Of a DNA stretch of 64,000 nucleotides, positions 47,819 through 58,339 are shown in pieces. This DNA is from a virus (Duplodnaviria; Caudoviricetes): positions 64,001-128,000 of the IMG/VR virus record IMGVR_UViG_3300028832_000095. One strand, given 5' to 3'. The translations under genes and the position numbers were made by a program. The notes under the pieces were generated by a model, which saw only the letters and a program-made list of their open reading frames with translations, was not told the origin of the DNA and did not search any database. Numbering within the stretch: position 1 is the first letter of the stretch; every line of letters begins with the position of its first letter.

Positions 47819-48244
47819 ATGGCTATCATAGCAATTAAACAACCTAACGGACAATTGATGATGTTTTCATCTCTATGTTCCGTTCCAATTGAAATGATCC
47901 TTACACAAGAAGATTTTATAAGTTTAGGAGTATTGAAAATGAAATTTGAAGATTATCGTAATTGGCTAAGAGAACATGATTGGCTAGGAGCGCAAGAATA
48001 TGATTATTTAGATACACTTGATCTAGGTGTAATTCTGTGTGCAAATTCAGATAAGACTTGCAGAGAGATTATGGAAATCATTGCTGATAAGTATGAGGAC
48101 GATTATCTAGCGAAATATCCAAATGATCAGGAATTATTTAATAGTATTCCGGAAAGTGAATTTGTTGATTATATTCATTGGCGTTATGGAATTCCAGTTA
48201 GCGAGGAAGTTATATATAGGTTTAATATTGGGGAGAAAAAATAG
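47819..48244 (+). CDS. hypothetical protein, C-terminus paralogous to 25092
   Basis: See 25092. Confidence 0.6.
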   Translation: MAIIAIKQPNGQLMMFSSLCSVPIEMILTQEDFISLGVLKMKFEDYRNWLREHDWLGAQEYDYLDTLDLGVILCANSDKTCREIMEIIADKYEDDYLAKYPNDQELFNSIPESEFVDYIHWRYGIPVSEEVIYRFNIGEKK

Positions 48245-48258
48245 GAGGAAATAAAAAA

Positions 48259-48561
48259 ATGAAAATCTCTATTAAATTTCTTAATGATCTAATTGCCAAG
48301 AACAATATTCCTGAAACCGCAACACTTCAAACCGATACTGATTGGAAATGTTGGGAATGTGGTCCAGTTGATTGTTATAGTGTTTATTATAACCCAAAAG
48401 AAAATACAATCATTCTACACGGAGAAAATAATTCCATGTATCATAGAGAAGGATGTATTCAGCTATTTTCTGATGATAATCATAAAGAATCGTTTTATGG
48501 AGTTTTTCGATACTATGTAAAGGATGATACAAAAGAAGTTTGTGTAGAAAGACAGAGGTAG
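48259..48561 (+). CDS. hypothetical protein
   Basis: AGGAGG RBS. Confidence 0.55.
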   Translation: MKISIKFLNDLIAKNNIPETATLQTDTDWKCWECGPVDCYSVYYNPKENTIILHGENNSMYHREGCIQLFSDDNHKESFYGVFRYYVKDDTKEVCVERQR

Positions 48562-48564
48562 TAT

Positions 48565-48759
48565 GTGATTCTAACTACTATTCAATTTGTGAAATATAAT
48601 TATATTGTAGAGTTCATAAATAAGCGTCTGAAATATTCATTATGTCCTTTTGATGATATGTTTGAGGTGTTTCAGGTAGGAGCGTTTTCAAAACCTTTGG
48701 AACCGTCCGGAGAACTTGAGAATAAACTTGTAATAGAGTGGGAAAGGGTAATGTCATGA
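48565..48759 (+). CDS. hypothetical protein
   Basis: Short ORF in operon. Confidence 0.4.
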   Translation: MILTTIQFVKYNYIVEFINKRLKYSLCPFDDMFEVFQVGAFSKPLEPSGELENKLVIEWERVMS

Positions 48760-49238
48760 AATATTCAAACATTGAAATTCCTGAGATAGATATAAACGAT
48801 GTTTCGCCGGAAGTTTATTTTTTTGATGTAATCTGTCCTAATTGCAAATGTCCGTTATGTTCAGATGAAATTAGAGTTGCTAATATATCTACGGGGCATA
48901 GTTTTGGTAGTATTGAAACCACTTCTATGGCGCACTGTAGATGCAAAGTCTGCAAAACTAAATTTGATGCAGAAACAACTATTTACTCAAAGTTTAGTAT
49001 TGGCTTGTTTGCTCATATGATTTGTTGTATTGTGATGACCGTTGCATTTATTTTAACTGGAACGAGTCTTATCGGTATTTTAATTACAGAACTAATGAAA
49101 GAATATTCTATCAGAAACAATATATTTGCGGTTTTTATAGTTTCTTTGTGCATCTTAATTGTTTCTGGTATTATTGGCTCTATTCTGGAAACGTGTAATG
49201 ATGATTGTTGCAAATATGTCAAAACATTTAATAAATGA
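48756..49238 (+). CDS. zinc-ribbon + two transmembrane helix protein
   Basis: CPNC..CKVC then two hydrophobic helices. Confidence 0.6.
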   Translation: MKYSNIEIPEIDINDVSPEVYFFDVICPNCKCPLCSDEIRVANISTGHSFGSIETTSMAHCRCKVCKTKFDAETTIYSKFSIGLFAHMICCIVMTVAFILTGTSLIGILITELMKEYSIRNNIFAVFIVSLCILIVSGIIGSILETCNDDCCKYVKTFNK

Positions 49239-49335
49239 AATGAGGGTAAATGTATATGAACGCTGATATTGAAAAGCTACGAATCTTGTATAACAAAAAA
49301 GACGAGATATTATCAGAAACATAGGAGGTAATTAT

Positions 49336-49725
49336 ATGCTAACATTTATTAAATATCCAAAAGGAATAGATAGAACTGAGTTCATTAAATATATTGAAGG
49401 TGATATGGTACAGTCTGTAATGAAATGTAGAGGAATTCCTATTGTTGGACATGGATGTGTTTACTACTCAGATTCACCTAATAATTTTATTGAAGTATTT
49501 CTGTCTCCTGACAGATACCTTGGTTATGTGAAAAACATAACATTTGATCCTATCCCTCCAAATATGGATTATATTGAATTTGATTTACTTGATAACCAAG
49601 CCGGAAGACTTGCAAAAGAACTTGTCATGGATCAAGAAACAGAATATTCAATCAGTCCATGTTGCATCGTAAATCCTTTGGATGGAAGTATTAGACTATT
49701 AGGATTCACTATTCATTTTGAATAA
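49336..49725 (+). CDS. hypothetical protein
   Basis: AGGAGG RBS. Confidence 0.6.
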   Translation: MLTFIKYPKGIDRTEFIKYIEGDMVQSVMKCRGIPIVGHGCVYYSDSPNNFIEVFLSPDRYLGYVKNITFDPIPPNMDYIEFDLLDNQAGRLAKELVMDQETEYSISPCCIVNPLDGSIRLLGFTIHFE

Positions 49726-49738
49726 TTTGGAGGTCTTT

Positions 49739-50470
49739 ATGAAGATTGACATAAATAGTGATGTATTAAATCTATTTAATAATATAACATTGGATATTCG
49801 AGATTATATTTCCTATAAAGCGCAGGAACGGCATTGCGGTTGGGAGTGCTGTTTACAAACATATAATCAAGTTATTTTTAGTTTGTCAGATAATTATGTC
49901 ACGATTGAGATTGCAAAAGACGAGAAAGAAAGAGACTATGTAAAGCTGTTTACCGGAAACAGATATAGCAGTATTCTTCTTGTTAATACAGAACATAATA
50001 AATTTCTAGTTGTTCCATATACAGGGAAAAATAAGTTATTATATTATTGGAATGAAAAAGATTTAGATAAATTCATAGATATCGTGAGAACAAGATTTCA
50101 CGAATATTTAGTAAAGATAAATTCGGAACAAAAAGAACATAATTTCAAGCTCAGAATCATTACAGATGCTATTGATCCATATGTTGATAATTTGTCTTAT
50201 ACCGATATTGATAATCTTGTATCCCAGCTTAGATTAACATTAGATTGGGTAAGAAAGAATGAGGATAATAAAATGGTTGACGATTCTAATGTAAAATATT
50301 TGGAAGATAGAATTAAAGAACTTAAACAACAGATTGAAGAAATTGAACAAAGACATTATGAAGAACTAGATCCAGTTAAACAGGAACTTGAAGATACAGA
50401 GTGGGAGTTGGCATCCGCCCGTGTAATATTTGAGAGTCAAAAGAATGAGGATGTTGTAGATGATGAATAA
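49739..50470 (+). CDS. hypothetical protein with C-terminal coiled coil
   Basis: GGAGG RBS. Confidence 0.6.
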   Translation: MKIDINSDVLNLFNNITLDIRDYISYKAQERHCGWECCLQTYNQVIFSLSDNYVTIEIAKDEKERDYVKLFTGNRYSSILLVNTEHNKFLVVPYTGKNKLLYYWNEKDLDKFIDIVRTRFHEYLVKINSEQKEHNFKLRIITDAIDPYVDNLSYTDIDNLVSQLRLTLDWVRKNEDNKMVDDSNVKYLEDRIKELKQQIEEIEQRHYEELDPVKQELEDTEWELASARVIFESQKNEDVVDDE

Positions 50471-50903
50471 TCAAAATAACATAGTCATTACATATGATGA
50501 CATATATAATATCTTAAAGTGGATGTACGCAAAATACAGGGAACAAAGATATAATTGTCTTGTAAATTTCGATATCGAACAAAAGCATTGGGTATTTCCA
50601 AATGTATTTGGTGTGAAGAAACTTTACCTTTATTGTCCGGAAAATAAGAAAGAGAATGAGATCGCATATATTGGATTCTGTGAAACACATATTGATGATC
50701 CAGATACAATTCTACAAGACTATCCACCTATTATAACAGTGACAGATGAAACGATTAGTTTTACATACAATAGAGATTTAATGCCAGTTTGTGAAGAAGA
50801 GTTTGTTCTTGAAATGGTAAATAACCTTATAAGGGTAAATAACCTTATAAGGGCAAATGAAGAACTATATCGTGAGAAAGAACTGCAAGAAAGTGAACAA
50901 TGA
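50460..50903 (+). CDS. hypothetical protein
   Basis: Coupled ORF; 18-bp internal duplication near 50820. Confidence 0.55.
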   Translation: MMNNQNNIVITYDDIYNILKWMYAKYREQRYNCLVNFDIEQKHWVFPNVFGVKKLYLYCPENKKENEIAYIGFCETHIDDPDTILQDYPPIITVTDETISFTYNRDLMPVCEEEFVLEMVNNLIRVNNLIRANEELYREKELQESEQ

Positions 50904-50950
50904 TACTATATCTAGTATAATATAGTATTACACATAACAACATATAGTTA
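50903..50950. promoter_or_regulatory. tandem NrdR-box-like sites
   Basis: ACTATATATCTAGTAT and TAACAACATATAGTTA, 32 bp apart, upstream of nrdD. Confidence 0.55.
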
Positions 50951-51138
50951 ATTCTTTACTTTATCAATAAAATAAACATACAATATTTCCATCAATTTTT
51001 GTGAAAGTAGTAGAATCTAAAAATCTTGATTTTTATTTCACAAAAAGAGATGGAAATATTCTTATGTGACCTACTATAACAAATACAACTCCATTTGGAG
51101 GATGGGGAAATATAGAATTAAGAGAGGATTGATCCATT

Positions 51139-54100
51139 ATGTATCAAATTAAGAAACGAAGCGGAGAGTTAGAACTATTTGAACTATCAAAAATCAAGAC
51201 AGCAATAAAAAGGACATTTGATTCTTGTAATAGAAATTATCAAGAGTCTATTATAGAAACAATATCAATCAAATCAGTGGCAGATGCAGAAACAAAGATA
51301 AAGGATAATGTTCTCAATGTAGAAGATATACAAGACAGTGTAGAAAAAGTCTTAATGACATATGGATATGAAGATGTAGCAAAAGCATATATTCTATATA
51401 GAAAACAACATGAAAAAGCAAGGAATGCTAAAGAGACATTATTGAATTATAAGAAAACTATCGAAAGTTATAAGAACAGAGATGACTGGCGTGTAAAAGA
51501 AAACTCTACTGTCACCTATTCTCTTGGAGGTCTTATTCTAAATAATAGTGGAGCTATGACAGCTAACTATTGGCTTTTTGAAATATATGATGATGAAATT
51601 GGAAATGCTCATAGAAATTGTGAAATGCACATACATGATCTTTCTTTTCTATCTGCTTATTGTGCCGGATGGTCACTTAAACAACTAATACAAGAAGGAT
51701 TAGGTGGAGTACCTGGAAAAATCAGTTCAGATCCGGCATCTCACTTATCTACATTATGTAATCAAATGGTGAATTTTATAGGTATACTCCAAAATGAATG
51801 GGCAGGAGCACAAGCATTTTCAAGTGTGGATACATATTTAGCACCTTTTGTAAAAGTAGATAATCTTTCTTATAAAGAAGTAAAGCAGTGCATCCAGTCT
51901 CTTGTGTTTGGTCTTAATACTCCTTCAAGATGGGGATCACAATCACCTTTTAGTAATTTTACCATGGATTGGACAGTTCCGGATGATCTTGCAGAACTTA
52001 ATTGTATCGTAGGAGGTAAAGAGTTAGACTTCCGTTATAAAGACTGTAAACGTGAAATGGATATGGTAAATAAAGCATTTATGGAAGTTATGATGGAAGG
52101 TGATGCAAACGGTAGAGGTTTTCAATACCCCATACCGACTTACTCAATAACAAAAGAATTCGATTGGGATCCTGAAATCCCAAATAATAAACTTCTATTT
52201 GAAATGACAGCAAAGTATGGAATTCCATATTTTAGTAATTATGTTAATAGTGATATGTCCCCCTCAGATCTGAGAGCAATGTGTCTACATCCAGATACAG
52301 AAGTTAGATTTAAATACGACAAGGTTTTTGTAGAAACATCTATTCAGGATATGTATGATAATTACGATGTTAATAAGATTCAAATCCTAACAAAATTTGG
52401 TCTTAGACCTGTGAAAGAAGTACAACGATTTGGTTATACTGGAAAACTACTTAAATTTACATTTGATAATGGTACTACGTTAATCACCACACCTGATCAT
52501 GATCACGTTATTTATGAATTTACAGGTGTTCGTAGATATACCAACGGGGAAAAAGGTGGCTTCTTTGAATATGGAAAACAGCCTGAAGGTTGGTATCTAA
52601 AATCAAAATCACCTGTCATAGACGGTAAATGTCATCTTATTAAAAGAAAGGCTTCAGATCTTAAAGTAGGGGATTATTTATCTGTAAGATCTAAAAACGG
52701 TGGTGAATATCGTAGAGGAAAGACTTATGAAGAATCATACGGTGAGGATAAAGCAAAACAATTAAAACAAATGTTTAGCAAAGATCGAAAAGGTCGTGTT
52801 TCTTGGAATAAAGGTATACCAACTCCCTTAGAAGTAAGAAAGAAGATATCAGAAGCTGAAATTGGACATTATGTATCTGAGAAATGCCGTAAAGCATCCT
52901 CCGAAAGATGGAAAGGATCCAAAAACCCATATAATAAAAATGGCGTGAGGGTTTCTGGAAGAAGCGCTAGTATTAGTAACTATGAAATAGATTTTGAAAA
53001 AGAGTTATTAGCACTGGACACAGAATTTGTAAAACAGTATCCAGTTTTAAATAATAACAAAACCTATATTTGTGATTTTTATATCCCAGAAAAAAATCTT
53101 ATTATAGAACTGGAAACTGATTATAGATATAGTGAGTGTTCTTATAATAACACTGAAAAAGTTTTTATATCCCACCTGAAAAACAAATATGACGATATCA
53201 TAAGTTCCGGTTATAATCTTTTAGTAATTAATCCAAAGATAGATAAATCTTCTTATAGATGCCATATAAATAATCATACTCAAATCATAAACATTGAATC
53301 CATTGATTATGATGGTTATGTGTATGATCTAGAAGTAAATTGTGATGACGTTGGTGGTGATACTACATTATATCATACTTTCTATGCTAATAATATCTTA
53401 ACTGGGAATTGCTGTAGATTGCGTTTAGATCTTCGTGAACTTAGACGTAAATCAGGAGGATATTTCGGTAGTGGGGAATCCACTGGAAGTATTGGAGTTG
53501 TAACATTAAACCTTCCAAGAATAGCATATACATCAAAAACAGAAGAAGAATTCTTTACTAAGCTAGATAAACTAATGGATATAGCGGCAAGATCATTAAA
53601 TATAAAAAGAACAGTTGTATCACAGTTATTAGAACAAGGATTATATCCCTATACAAAGAGATATCTAGGATCTTTTAATAATCACTTCTCTACAATTGGA
53701 ATTGTTGGTATGAATGAATGTTGCTTAAATGCTAATTGGATTGGTTATGATATCTCTACAAAGATTGGGTATGAATTTTCTAAGAAGGTTTTAGATCATA
53801 TAAGGGAACGACTTTCGGATTATCAAGAACAGTATGGTGATCTATTCAACCTTGAAGCAACACCTGCGGAAAGCACTTCATTTAGATTTGCAATGCATGA
53901 TAAGAAAGATTTTCCAAATATAATCACAGCCGGAGATAAAACAGATGGAGCACCTTATTATACAAATAGTTCTCATCTTCCAGTAGGTTATACAGATGAT
54001 ATTTTTGAAGCACTGGATCACCAAGACGATTTACAAACTAAATATACTTCTGGAACTGTATTTCATGCTTTCCTAGGAGAGAAACTTCCTTCTTGGCAAG

Positions 54101-54657
54101 CTGCTATGAATCTTACTAGAAAAATAGCAGATAATTATAGACTTCCTTATTTCACATTCTCTCCCACATATTCTATTTGTCAGGAACATGGATATCTAAC
54201 AGGGGAACAATGGAAATGTCCTCACTGTGGAAAAGATACAGAAGTATATAGCCGTGTTACAGGTTATTATCGTGCTGTTCAAAACTTCAATGATGGTAAA
54301 GCACATGAGTTTATGGATAGAAAAGAATATACAGATTTTTCCAGAGAATTTGCAACACCAGAGATAAACTATTCTGAAACAAAAGAAGTAAATACAGAAG
54401 AAGTAAAACTTGAAAGACCAATTCTCTTTACCACATCAACCTGTCCAAATTGTAAAATAGTAAAACAGATTCTTGAAGAACATGGATTTGTATATGATGT
54501 AGTAGTTGCAGATCAGGATATGGAAACTGCAAGAAAGTTCAATATCAATCAAGCACCAACTCTTGTTGTTCAAGATGAAGAAGGAAATCTAATTAAAGTA
54601 GCAAATGTATCTAATATAAAGAAGTTCCTTGAAGAAACAGAGGAATCAGAAGAATAA
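51139..54657 (+). CDS. nrdD: anaerobic ribonucleoside-triphosphate reductase (ATP cone, intein, C-terminal glutaredoxin-like domain)
   Basis: HIHDL, YCAGW, AGAQA, M|CCRL, EATPAES, YSRVTGYY, CPNC. Confidence 0.95.
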   Translation: MYQIKKRSGELELFELSKIKTAIKRTFDSCNRNYQESIIETISIKSVADAETKIKDNVLNVEDIQDSVEKVLMTYGYEDVAKAYILYRKQHEKARNAKETLLNYKKTIESYKNRDDWRVKENSTVTYSLGGLILNNSGAMTANYWLFEIYDDEIGNAHRNCEMHIHDLSFLSAYCAGWSLKQLIQEGLGGVPGKISSDPASHLSTLCNQMVNFIGILQNEWAGAQAFSSVDTYLAPFVKVDNLSYKEVKQCIQSLVFGLNTPSRWGSQSPFSNFTMDWTVPDDLAELNCIVGGKELDFRYKDCKREMDMVNKAFMEVMMEGDANGRGFQYPIPTYSITKEFDWDPEIPNNKLLFEMTAKYGIPYFSNYVNSDMSPSDLRAMCLHPDTEVRFKYDKVFVETSIQDMYDNYDVNKIQILTKFGLRPVKEVQRFGYTGKLLKFTFDNGTTLITTPDHDHVIYEFTGVRRYTNGEKGGFFEYGKQPEGWYLKSKSPVIDGKCHLIKRKASDLKVGDYLSVRSKNGGEYRRGKTYEESYGEDKAKQLKQMFSKDRKGRVSWNKGIPTPLEVRKKISEAEIGHYVSEKCRKASSERWKGSKNPYNKNGVRVSGRSASISNYEIDFEKELLALDTEFVKQYPVLNNNKTYICDFYIPEKNLIIELETDYRYSECSYNNTEKVFISHLKNKYDDIISSGYNLLVINPKIDKSSYRCHINNHTQIINIESIDYDGYVYDLEVNCDDVGGDTTLYHTFYANNILTGNCCRLRLDLRELRRKSGGYFGSGESTGSIGVVTLNLPRIAYTSKTEEEFFTKLDKLMDIAARSLNIKRTVVSQLLEQGLYPYTKRYLGSFNNHFSTIGIVGMNECCLNANWIGYDISTKIGYEFSKKVLDHIRERLSDYQEQYGDLFNLEATPAESTSFRFAMHDKKDFPNIITAGDKTDGAPYYTNSSHLPVGYTDDIFEALDHQDDLQTKYTSGTVFHAFLGEKLPSWQAAMNLTRKIADNYRLPYFTFSPTYSICQEHGYLTGEQWKCPHCGKDTEVYSRVTGYYRAVQNFNDGKAHEFMDRKEYTDFSREFATPEINYSETKEVNTEEVKLERPILFTTSTCPNCKIVKQILEEHGFVYDVVVADQDMETARKFNINQAPTLVVQDEEGNLIKVANVSNIKKFLEETEESEE
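52282..53409 (+). mobile_element. intein with NUMOD3-like motifs and Vsr/DUF559-like endonuclease
   Basis: CLHPDTEV..TTPDH..VYDLEV..FYANNILTGN/C; WNKG..RKKISE; CDFYIPEKNLIIEL. Confidence 0.88.
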
Positions 54658-54660
54658 TTG

Positions 54661-54752
54661 TAGTAATAATCCACAAATAAGTTCTGAAATAATAGGACTT
54701 ATTTGTGGGTTATTTTGTATTGACATTTTTATGTTTTTGTGTTATACTATAT
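54661..54752 (+). promoter_or_regulatory. terminator + sigma-A promoter module
   Basis: CCACAAATAAGT/ACTTATTTGTGG; TTGACA(54720)-N17-TATACT. Confidence 0.8.
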
Positions 54753-54884
54753 TATATAGACAGAATAATATAACTATAACATTTAATTCGGTTTAACTTG
54801 AAAAAAAAAGACAAATGATTAACAATATGTATTGAGTTCGGTAAGATACCGACAATACAATAAATAAGAAAGGTTGAATGACTT

Positions 54885-55466
54885 ATGGTAAAGAAATTAA
54901 GATTGGACGAATCAAATCAGAAACCTGTTGTAAATGAGATTTTGTCCGACAACCTGGAATTATACCTCCAAGATTTTGCACAGGAATACGGTGGTATTGA
55001 TTATAACGATATTTCAGATCTTAGTAAATGTTGGGATAAACTTGAGAATGCTACGAAGTCCAGAATCAGAAAGTTTGTTTCGGAGATCAAAAAAGCCTGT
55101 AAAGAAACAGGAATGGATGCTTACGAACTTTCCCAGGAATATCCGGAAGATAAAGAAAATTGTGAAAACCTTGTAAAGCATATCAAAAATGCTATTAAGG
55201 GATGTAAGAAAGAATCTGTAAACGGAAAGTTAAAAGAATATGTCACAGTTAGTACAAATGTTAAGGAAGAAATAAACACTACCTTAAGTAGACTTCAAGA
55301 TACTCTTAAAGGCCTGTACTTTATGAAAGACGAATTTTATAAGGACGAATATGTAGCAAGACTTGTAGATAATCTAGACACAATAAATGATTGTATATCT
55401 AGAATTCAGTATGACGAATCAGATGCTTGGCAACATGACAATAATGGAAAAGAAATAAATTGGTAA
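54885..55466 (+). CDS. L-x-E leader family protein
   Basis: MVKKLRLDE; linker KKESVNGKLKE. Confidence 0.7.
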   Translation: MVKKLRLDESNQKPVVNEILSDNLELYLQDFAQEYGGIDYNDISDLSKCWDKLENATKSRIRKFVSEIKKACKETGMDAYELSQEYPEDKENCENLVKHIKNAIKGCKKESVNGKLKEYVTVSTNVKEEINTTLSRLQDTLKGLYFMKDEFYKDEYVARLVDNLDTINDCISRIQYDESDAWQHDNNGKEINW

Positions 55467-55602
55467 GAAACGGTCTTAACATTAGAAATTTAATTTGTAA
55501 GAAATACAAAAAAAAAACAAATACCTACAATAAATAGTGGTACAAGAAGAGAAGTTGTTATTAGTACCACATAAAAATAATTTTAGAAAGGAATTATGCG
55601 TT

Positions 55603-56283
55603 ATGGTTAAGAAATTAAGACTAAGTGAAGCTAATACTCAAAGAATTGACCAGGTAATGACTAAAAAAACTATTCAAAACAAACTCGATGAGATTCGTGA
55701 TGATGTTTTTCGTCGAGGAACATACAGAATGGATGGAGTAGACCATAAAATTAAAAGTGTAAGATGTACCATCGAGGATGTGTGGGATGTTCCTACTAAG
55801 CCTGGTATTTGGGATATACTGGGTTATGTTGATATTAGATGGGACTACGATGAAGATTCAGATACAGTTGGAACACAAGATAATTTTAGTTTTTACTATG
55901 ATCCGGAAAAAGATGTTATTATAGAGAAAACAGACGAGTCTAAATTGAGAAAAAGATATGGGCATAGATTAAAAGAATCCGAACGTATGTTAAAAGAAGG
56001 CAACCAGGAATGGTTTGATAAACAACTAACTACCGCGAAAAGATATCTGACAGACATTATAGATGCTGCGGAGAACGCTAGAGATCAATTATCCCAGTAT
56101 GTTACAGATGTTGAAGACGAGGTAGGAATTTCTGACGACCCAGAAAGACTGTTAGCTTTGGCTGGAAACCTAATAGCTAAAGCAAATAGAAAACTTGGGC
56201 AAGCAACAGAATTAGTTAATTCGTCTGACGTTTATTTTGATTTGTATTACTATAAACATGGTGGAACAGACGATGATATCTGA
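55603..56283 (+). CDS. L-x-E leader family protein
   Basis: MVKKLRLSE (revised start); linker DESKLRKRYGHRLKESERMLKE. Confidence 0.7.
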   Translation: MVKKLRLSEANTQRIDQVMTKKTIQNKLDEIRDDVFRRGTYRMDGVDHKIKSVRCTIEDVWDVPTKPGIWDILGYVDIRWDYDEDSDTVGTQDNFSFYYDPEKDVIIEKTDESKLRKRYGHRLKESERMLKEGNQEWFDKQLTTAKRYLTDIIDAAENARDQLSQYVTDVEDEVGISDDPERLLALAGNLIAKANRKLGQATELVNSSDVYFDLYYYKHGGTDDDI

Positions 56284-56290
56284 TTAGTAT

Positions 56291-56393
56291 ATAGTGAATA
56301 TACACAAAAACCCTTACATATATTTGTAAGGGTTTTTATTTTTGTCCTATTGACTTTTTCTATAAAATGTGTTATACTATATTTGTAAGTTAA
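56291..56393 (+). promoter_or_regulatory. palindrome + terminator + sigma-A promoter module
   Basis: AAAAACCCTTACA/TGTAAGGGTTTTT; TTGACT(56350)-N17-TATACT. Confidence 0.85.
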
Positions 56394-56424
56394 ACGGAAC
56401 AACAACCAACAGGAGGAAAAGAAA

Positions 56425-56631
56425 ATGAGTAAAACAAGATGTAGGAAGACAAGATACACGGTTACGTTTGAGATATTTTCTAATAATGGTGAACACAGAA
56501 AGTTCAATGAAAACTTCTGTTCCTATGATCCTGAAAAGTACATTGAAACATATGTGAAACGTGTTAAAAGGAAGTGGGCATATGCTGGTCTTTCCATTTC
56601 CATTAAATTCTATGATCTAAAAGAAAGATAA
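56425..56631 (+). CDS. hypothetical early protein
   Basis: AGGAGG RBS. Confidence 0.6.
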   Translation: MSKTRCRKTRYTVTFEIFSNNGEHRKFNENFCSYDPEKYIETYVKRVKRKWAYAGLSISIKFYDLKER

Positions 56632-56648
56632 TTAAGGAGGATATCAAT

Positions 56649-56912
56649 ATGAAACAGATAAGATTTGTAATTAGTAATGATACCTTTGGAAGAAACTATC
56701 TTGCTATTAGTGCGTGGAATTGTACGTTGGATGATCCGGTCGGTGTTTTTTGGACTTCTTTTGTGAATTGGGAGATTCTTCAAAAGGAGATTGCAAAACA
56801 TTCTGATTTTGGAAGAGTTACAGCGTTCAAAACAAAAGAAGAGGCAGAATCTGTTTGTCGTGAATTTGAAATCAAAGACTATACTATCCGTGAAATTATT
56901 ATGGATGTTTAA
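56649..56912 (+). CDS. hypothetical protein
   Basis: AAGGAGG RBS. Confidence 0.6.
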   Translation: MKQIRFVISNDTFGRNYLAISAWNCTLDDPVGVFWTSFVNWEILQKEIAKHSDFGRVTAFKTKEEAESVCREFEIKDYTIREIIMDV

Positions 56913-57001
56913 TAATATGAAATTCAAGAAATTTATTGGAAATCTCACACTTTGTATTTGACGAATAATGAATAGTCATGAACCGAATGAGGAGGTACTT
57001 T

Positions 57002-57220
57002 ATGACATTAACAGATATTTTATCCATGCCACAAGGATACACTCCAGAACAGTGGCAGAAAGAATTAGACCGTAAAAAGAGAATTGAAAAGAAGTTGAGG
57101 AAGTTGTCTACTGATCTTGATTTCTACTTAGACGGTTATGATATGACAGGGAAAGAAAAGTTCAAAGAACAGGCAGATCAGATTAAGTTTGAAATGGATA
57201 AGTTGAAGAAGAATTTATAA
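57002..57220 (+). CDS. hypothetical protein
   Basis: AGGAGG RBS. Confidence 0.6.
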   Translation: MTLTDILSMPQGYTPEQWQKELDRKKRIEKKLRKLSTDLDFYLDGYDMTGKEKFKEQADQIKFEMDKLKKNL

Positions 57221-57230
57221 GGAGGATATT

Positions 57231-57512
57231 ATGGCAAAGGGTTTTACAGATTATGTTTTTAATAATCTCAAGAGTAGTGGTTTTTACCATAACTATGATT
57301 ATCGTCATTATCCAACGGAAACACTTCCATACGATAACCATGTGAACAGACATATTGAAATTTATCTTCTTGTCAAAGAATATGTCGATCTTTATGAAGA
57401 TGGAAAGAACGCTTCTGAAGCTACTGCGAAACTTATCAAGGAACGTCTGAATGAAATAGCTAAGAAATTAGCAAAGACTTATTATATCGTAACAGAAGAT
57501 GAGTTGAAGTGA
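57231..57512 (+). CDS. hypothetical protein
   Basis: AAGGAGG RBS. Confidence 0.6.
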   Translation: MAKGFTDYVFNNLKSSGFYHNYDYRHYPTETLPYDNHVNRHIEIYLLVKEYVDLYEDGKNASEATAKLIKERLNEIAKKLAKTYYIVTEDELK

Positions 57513-57619
57513 CACAATGTTATGATGAGATTATACTTATGGAAAAGTTGAGAATAGTAAGGAGTTTGTAAAATCTCCTTATACATTCTATTCTAGCTAT
57601 ATGGAAGGTAGGTAAACAA

Positions 57620-57871
57620 ATGAACTACTATCTTATAAGAGAAACAATAGAATATAATAATAAAGTCACAACAGAAAAAATATGTGTCTCTGCCGGAGTT
57701 TTCAAAACAAAAGAATCCGCATGGAACTATGCAAAAGAACTTATTGATTCATGTGGAGAATTTGGGAAAACAGTAAGAACAAAGACATATGAAAAAATGA
57801 GACTTGTGTGTAATTATTGGGATGGAACAGAATTTACATATTCACTTGTTCCGGTAAGAGTTATGGAGTGA
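57620..57871 (+). CDS. hypothetical protein
   Basis: ORF with weak RBS. Confidence 0.55.
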   Translation: MNYYLIRETIEYNNKVTTEKICVSAGVFKTKESAWNYAKELIDSCGEFGKTVRTKTYEKMRLVCNYWDGTEFTYSLVPVRVME

Positions 57872-57878
57872 TATAATT

Positions 57879-58226
57879 ATGATTACAAAAGAAACATTCA
57901 AAAACGGTAAGGATACCCTTGTTGGTCTTCCGGCAAAAGAAGTGATTGAATTCATTAAAAACTCAGAAAAGTTTTCCATAGATTATATAACGGATAACGC
58001 TTATCCGATGGATTTTAATAGATATGGAAGAATTGTTTTTGATCTTCCTAGTGGATATGAACGTATTGGAGGAACTGGAAGAGGACATATCTCTATTCAC
58101 TTTAAGTATGTTCAAATAAATCCTAAATCATATCGTTTCAATGTTTCTAATCTGTTTAGAGTTATCATGGAAGTAGATAAGATCACAGAATCACAAGTAT
58201 ATCTTCCGGAAAATTTTGAGTTTTAA
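57879..58226 (+). CDS. hypothetical protein
   Basis: GGAGTG RBS. Confidence 0.55.
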   Translation: MITKETFKNGKDTLVGLPAKEVIEFIKNSEKFSIDYITDNAYPMDFNRYGRIVFDLPSGYERIGGTGRGHISIHFKYVQINPKSYRFNVSNLFRVIMEVDKITESQVYLPENFEF

Positions 58227-58339
58227 GAACTATGTAATTCAAAATACATTGATAATACATCTGACTATTATGATACGGCAGATGAGTTAATTAGATACTT
58301 CAATGAGATGCAGCGGAAAGGTAAGAATTATAGAGATGA

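Noticed and set aside
50817-50856. 18-bp tandem duplication
   Set aside because: A simple in-frame slippage (NNLIRV/NNLIRA) with no further structure.
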